A stretch of 64,000 nt of DNA, from the NCBI GenBank assembly GCA_030141605.1, contig JAQGDQ010000334.1, forward strand, positions 1 through 64,000. The letters are read 5' to 3'. Position 1 is the stretch's first letter, and each line of letters starts with the position of its first letter. Positions 63,373-64,000 of this stretch are shown piece by piece. Origin of the DNA: Tubiluchus corallicola (taxonomy: Eukaryota > Animalia > Priapulida). The translations under genes and the position numbers were made by a program. Below the pieces are notes generated by a model. That model was not told where the DNA came from, searched no databases, and saw nothing but the letters and a program-made list of their open reading frames with translations.

Positions 63373-64000
63373 ATGCTAGAAAGGTTAAGAGTAAAAAATT
63401 ATGCCTTAATACGCAGCCTTGATGTAGAGTTGCATAATGGACTATCTATTATCACAGGAGAGACCGGAGCAGGGAAGTCAATTCTGCTTGGAGCGCTTTC
63501 GCTCATTCTTGGGCAGCGCGCCGATACGTTTGTGCTGAAAGATAAGGAGAAGAAGTGTATGGTAGAGGGTCTCTTTAATGTTGAAGGGTACGGGCTTGAG
63601 GAAGTATTCAATGAGCATGATCTTGATTATGAAAATAGTACTGTTTTGCGGCGGGAAATTGGAGTGTCAGGGAAGTCAAGGGCTTTTGTTAATGATACTC
63701 CGGTAAGCCTTAAGGTGATGAGAGAGGTTGGTTTACGCCTGGTTGATATCCATTCCCAGCATCAAAATCTGGAGCTTAAAAATCGTCAATTTCAACTTCT
63801 GGTAGTTGATTTATATGCAGATAATAGTGAGTTACTGTCAAAATACAGGAAAGTTTTTGAAGAGTATAAAGGGTTGCGGGAAAAGCTGTCAATACTTGAG
63901 GGGGAGGCTGAACGATCCGGTAACGATTATGATTACTATGCTTTTCAGTATGAGCAGTTGAAAAATGCCTCTTTGTCTAACGAGGAGCAGCCTGAGCTGG
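63373..64000 (+). CDS. recN: DNA repair protein RecN (partial)
   Basis: MLERLRVKNYALI..ITGETGAGKSILLGAL..SRAFVND..DIHSQH. Confidence 0.93.
   Translation, partial: MLERLRVKNYALIRSLDVELHNGLSIITGETGAGKSILLGALSLILGQRADTFVLKDKEKKCMVEGLFNVEGYGLEEVFNEHDLDYENSTVLRREIGVSGKSRAFVNDTPVSLKVMREVGLRLVDIHSQHQNLELKNRQFQLLVVDLYADNSELLSKYRKVFEEYKGLREKLSILEGEAERSGNDYDYYAFQYEQLKNASLSNEEQPEL

Overview
Bacteroidota chromosome segment (Marinilabiliales/Prolixibacteraceae-like by gene content and TAnnTTTG promoters). It is mostly housekeeping: tRNA-Leu-tig-clpP-clpX, serC, tRNA-His, a V/A-type ATPase operon (E,C-like,A,B,D,I,K), nadA, ilvE, a susC-susD-DUF3823 triad, queC-queD-queE-queF, tetR-fabH, lon, rpmE2, PBP1A, cls and bamD-rpoZ-coaBC-DUF4835-recN. 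The main non-gene feature is a diverged ~125-140 bp intergenic repeat present about 21 times. It has TGAGACCTTTGCAAA-type terminal inverted repeats and a central hairpin with compensatory changes, and it is mostly co-oriented with, and just upstream of, genes. IS insertions fall at three sites: a nested pair of IS3 elements, an IS4, and an IS1634 with a 77-bp target duplication. All three sites appear to lie in copies of the repeat. Other candidates are a tetraheme NapC/NirT-FGE-like fusion with two Tat-exported Gfo/Idh/MocA oxidoreductases, a GT2/GT-C-TPR/small anchored protein/UDP-xylose synthase cluster, and coaBC split by a -1 frameshift on an A10 run at the domain boundary. All calls come from reading the sequence; no database searches were run.
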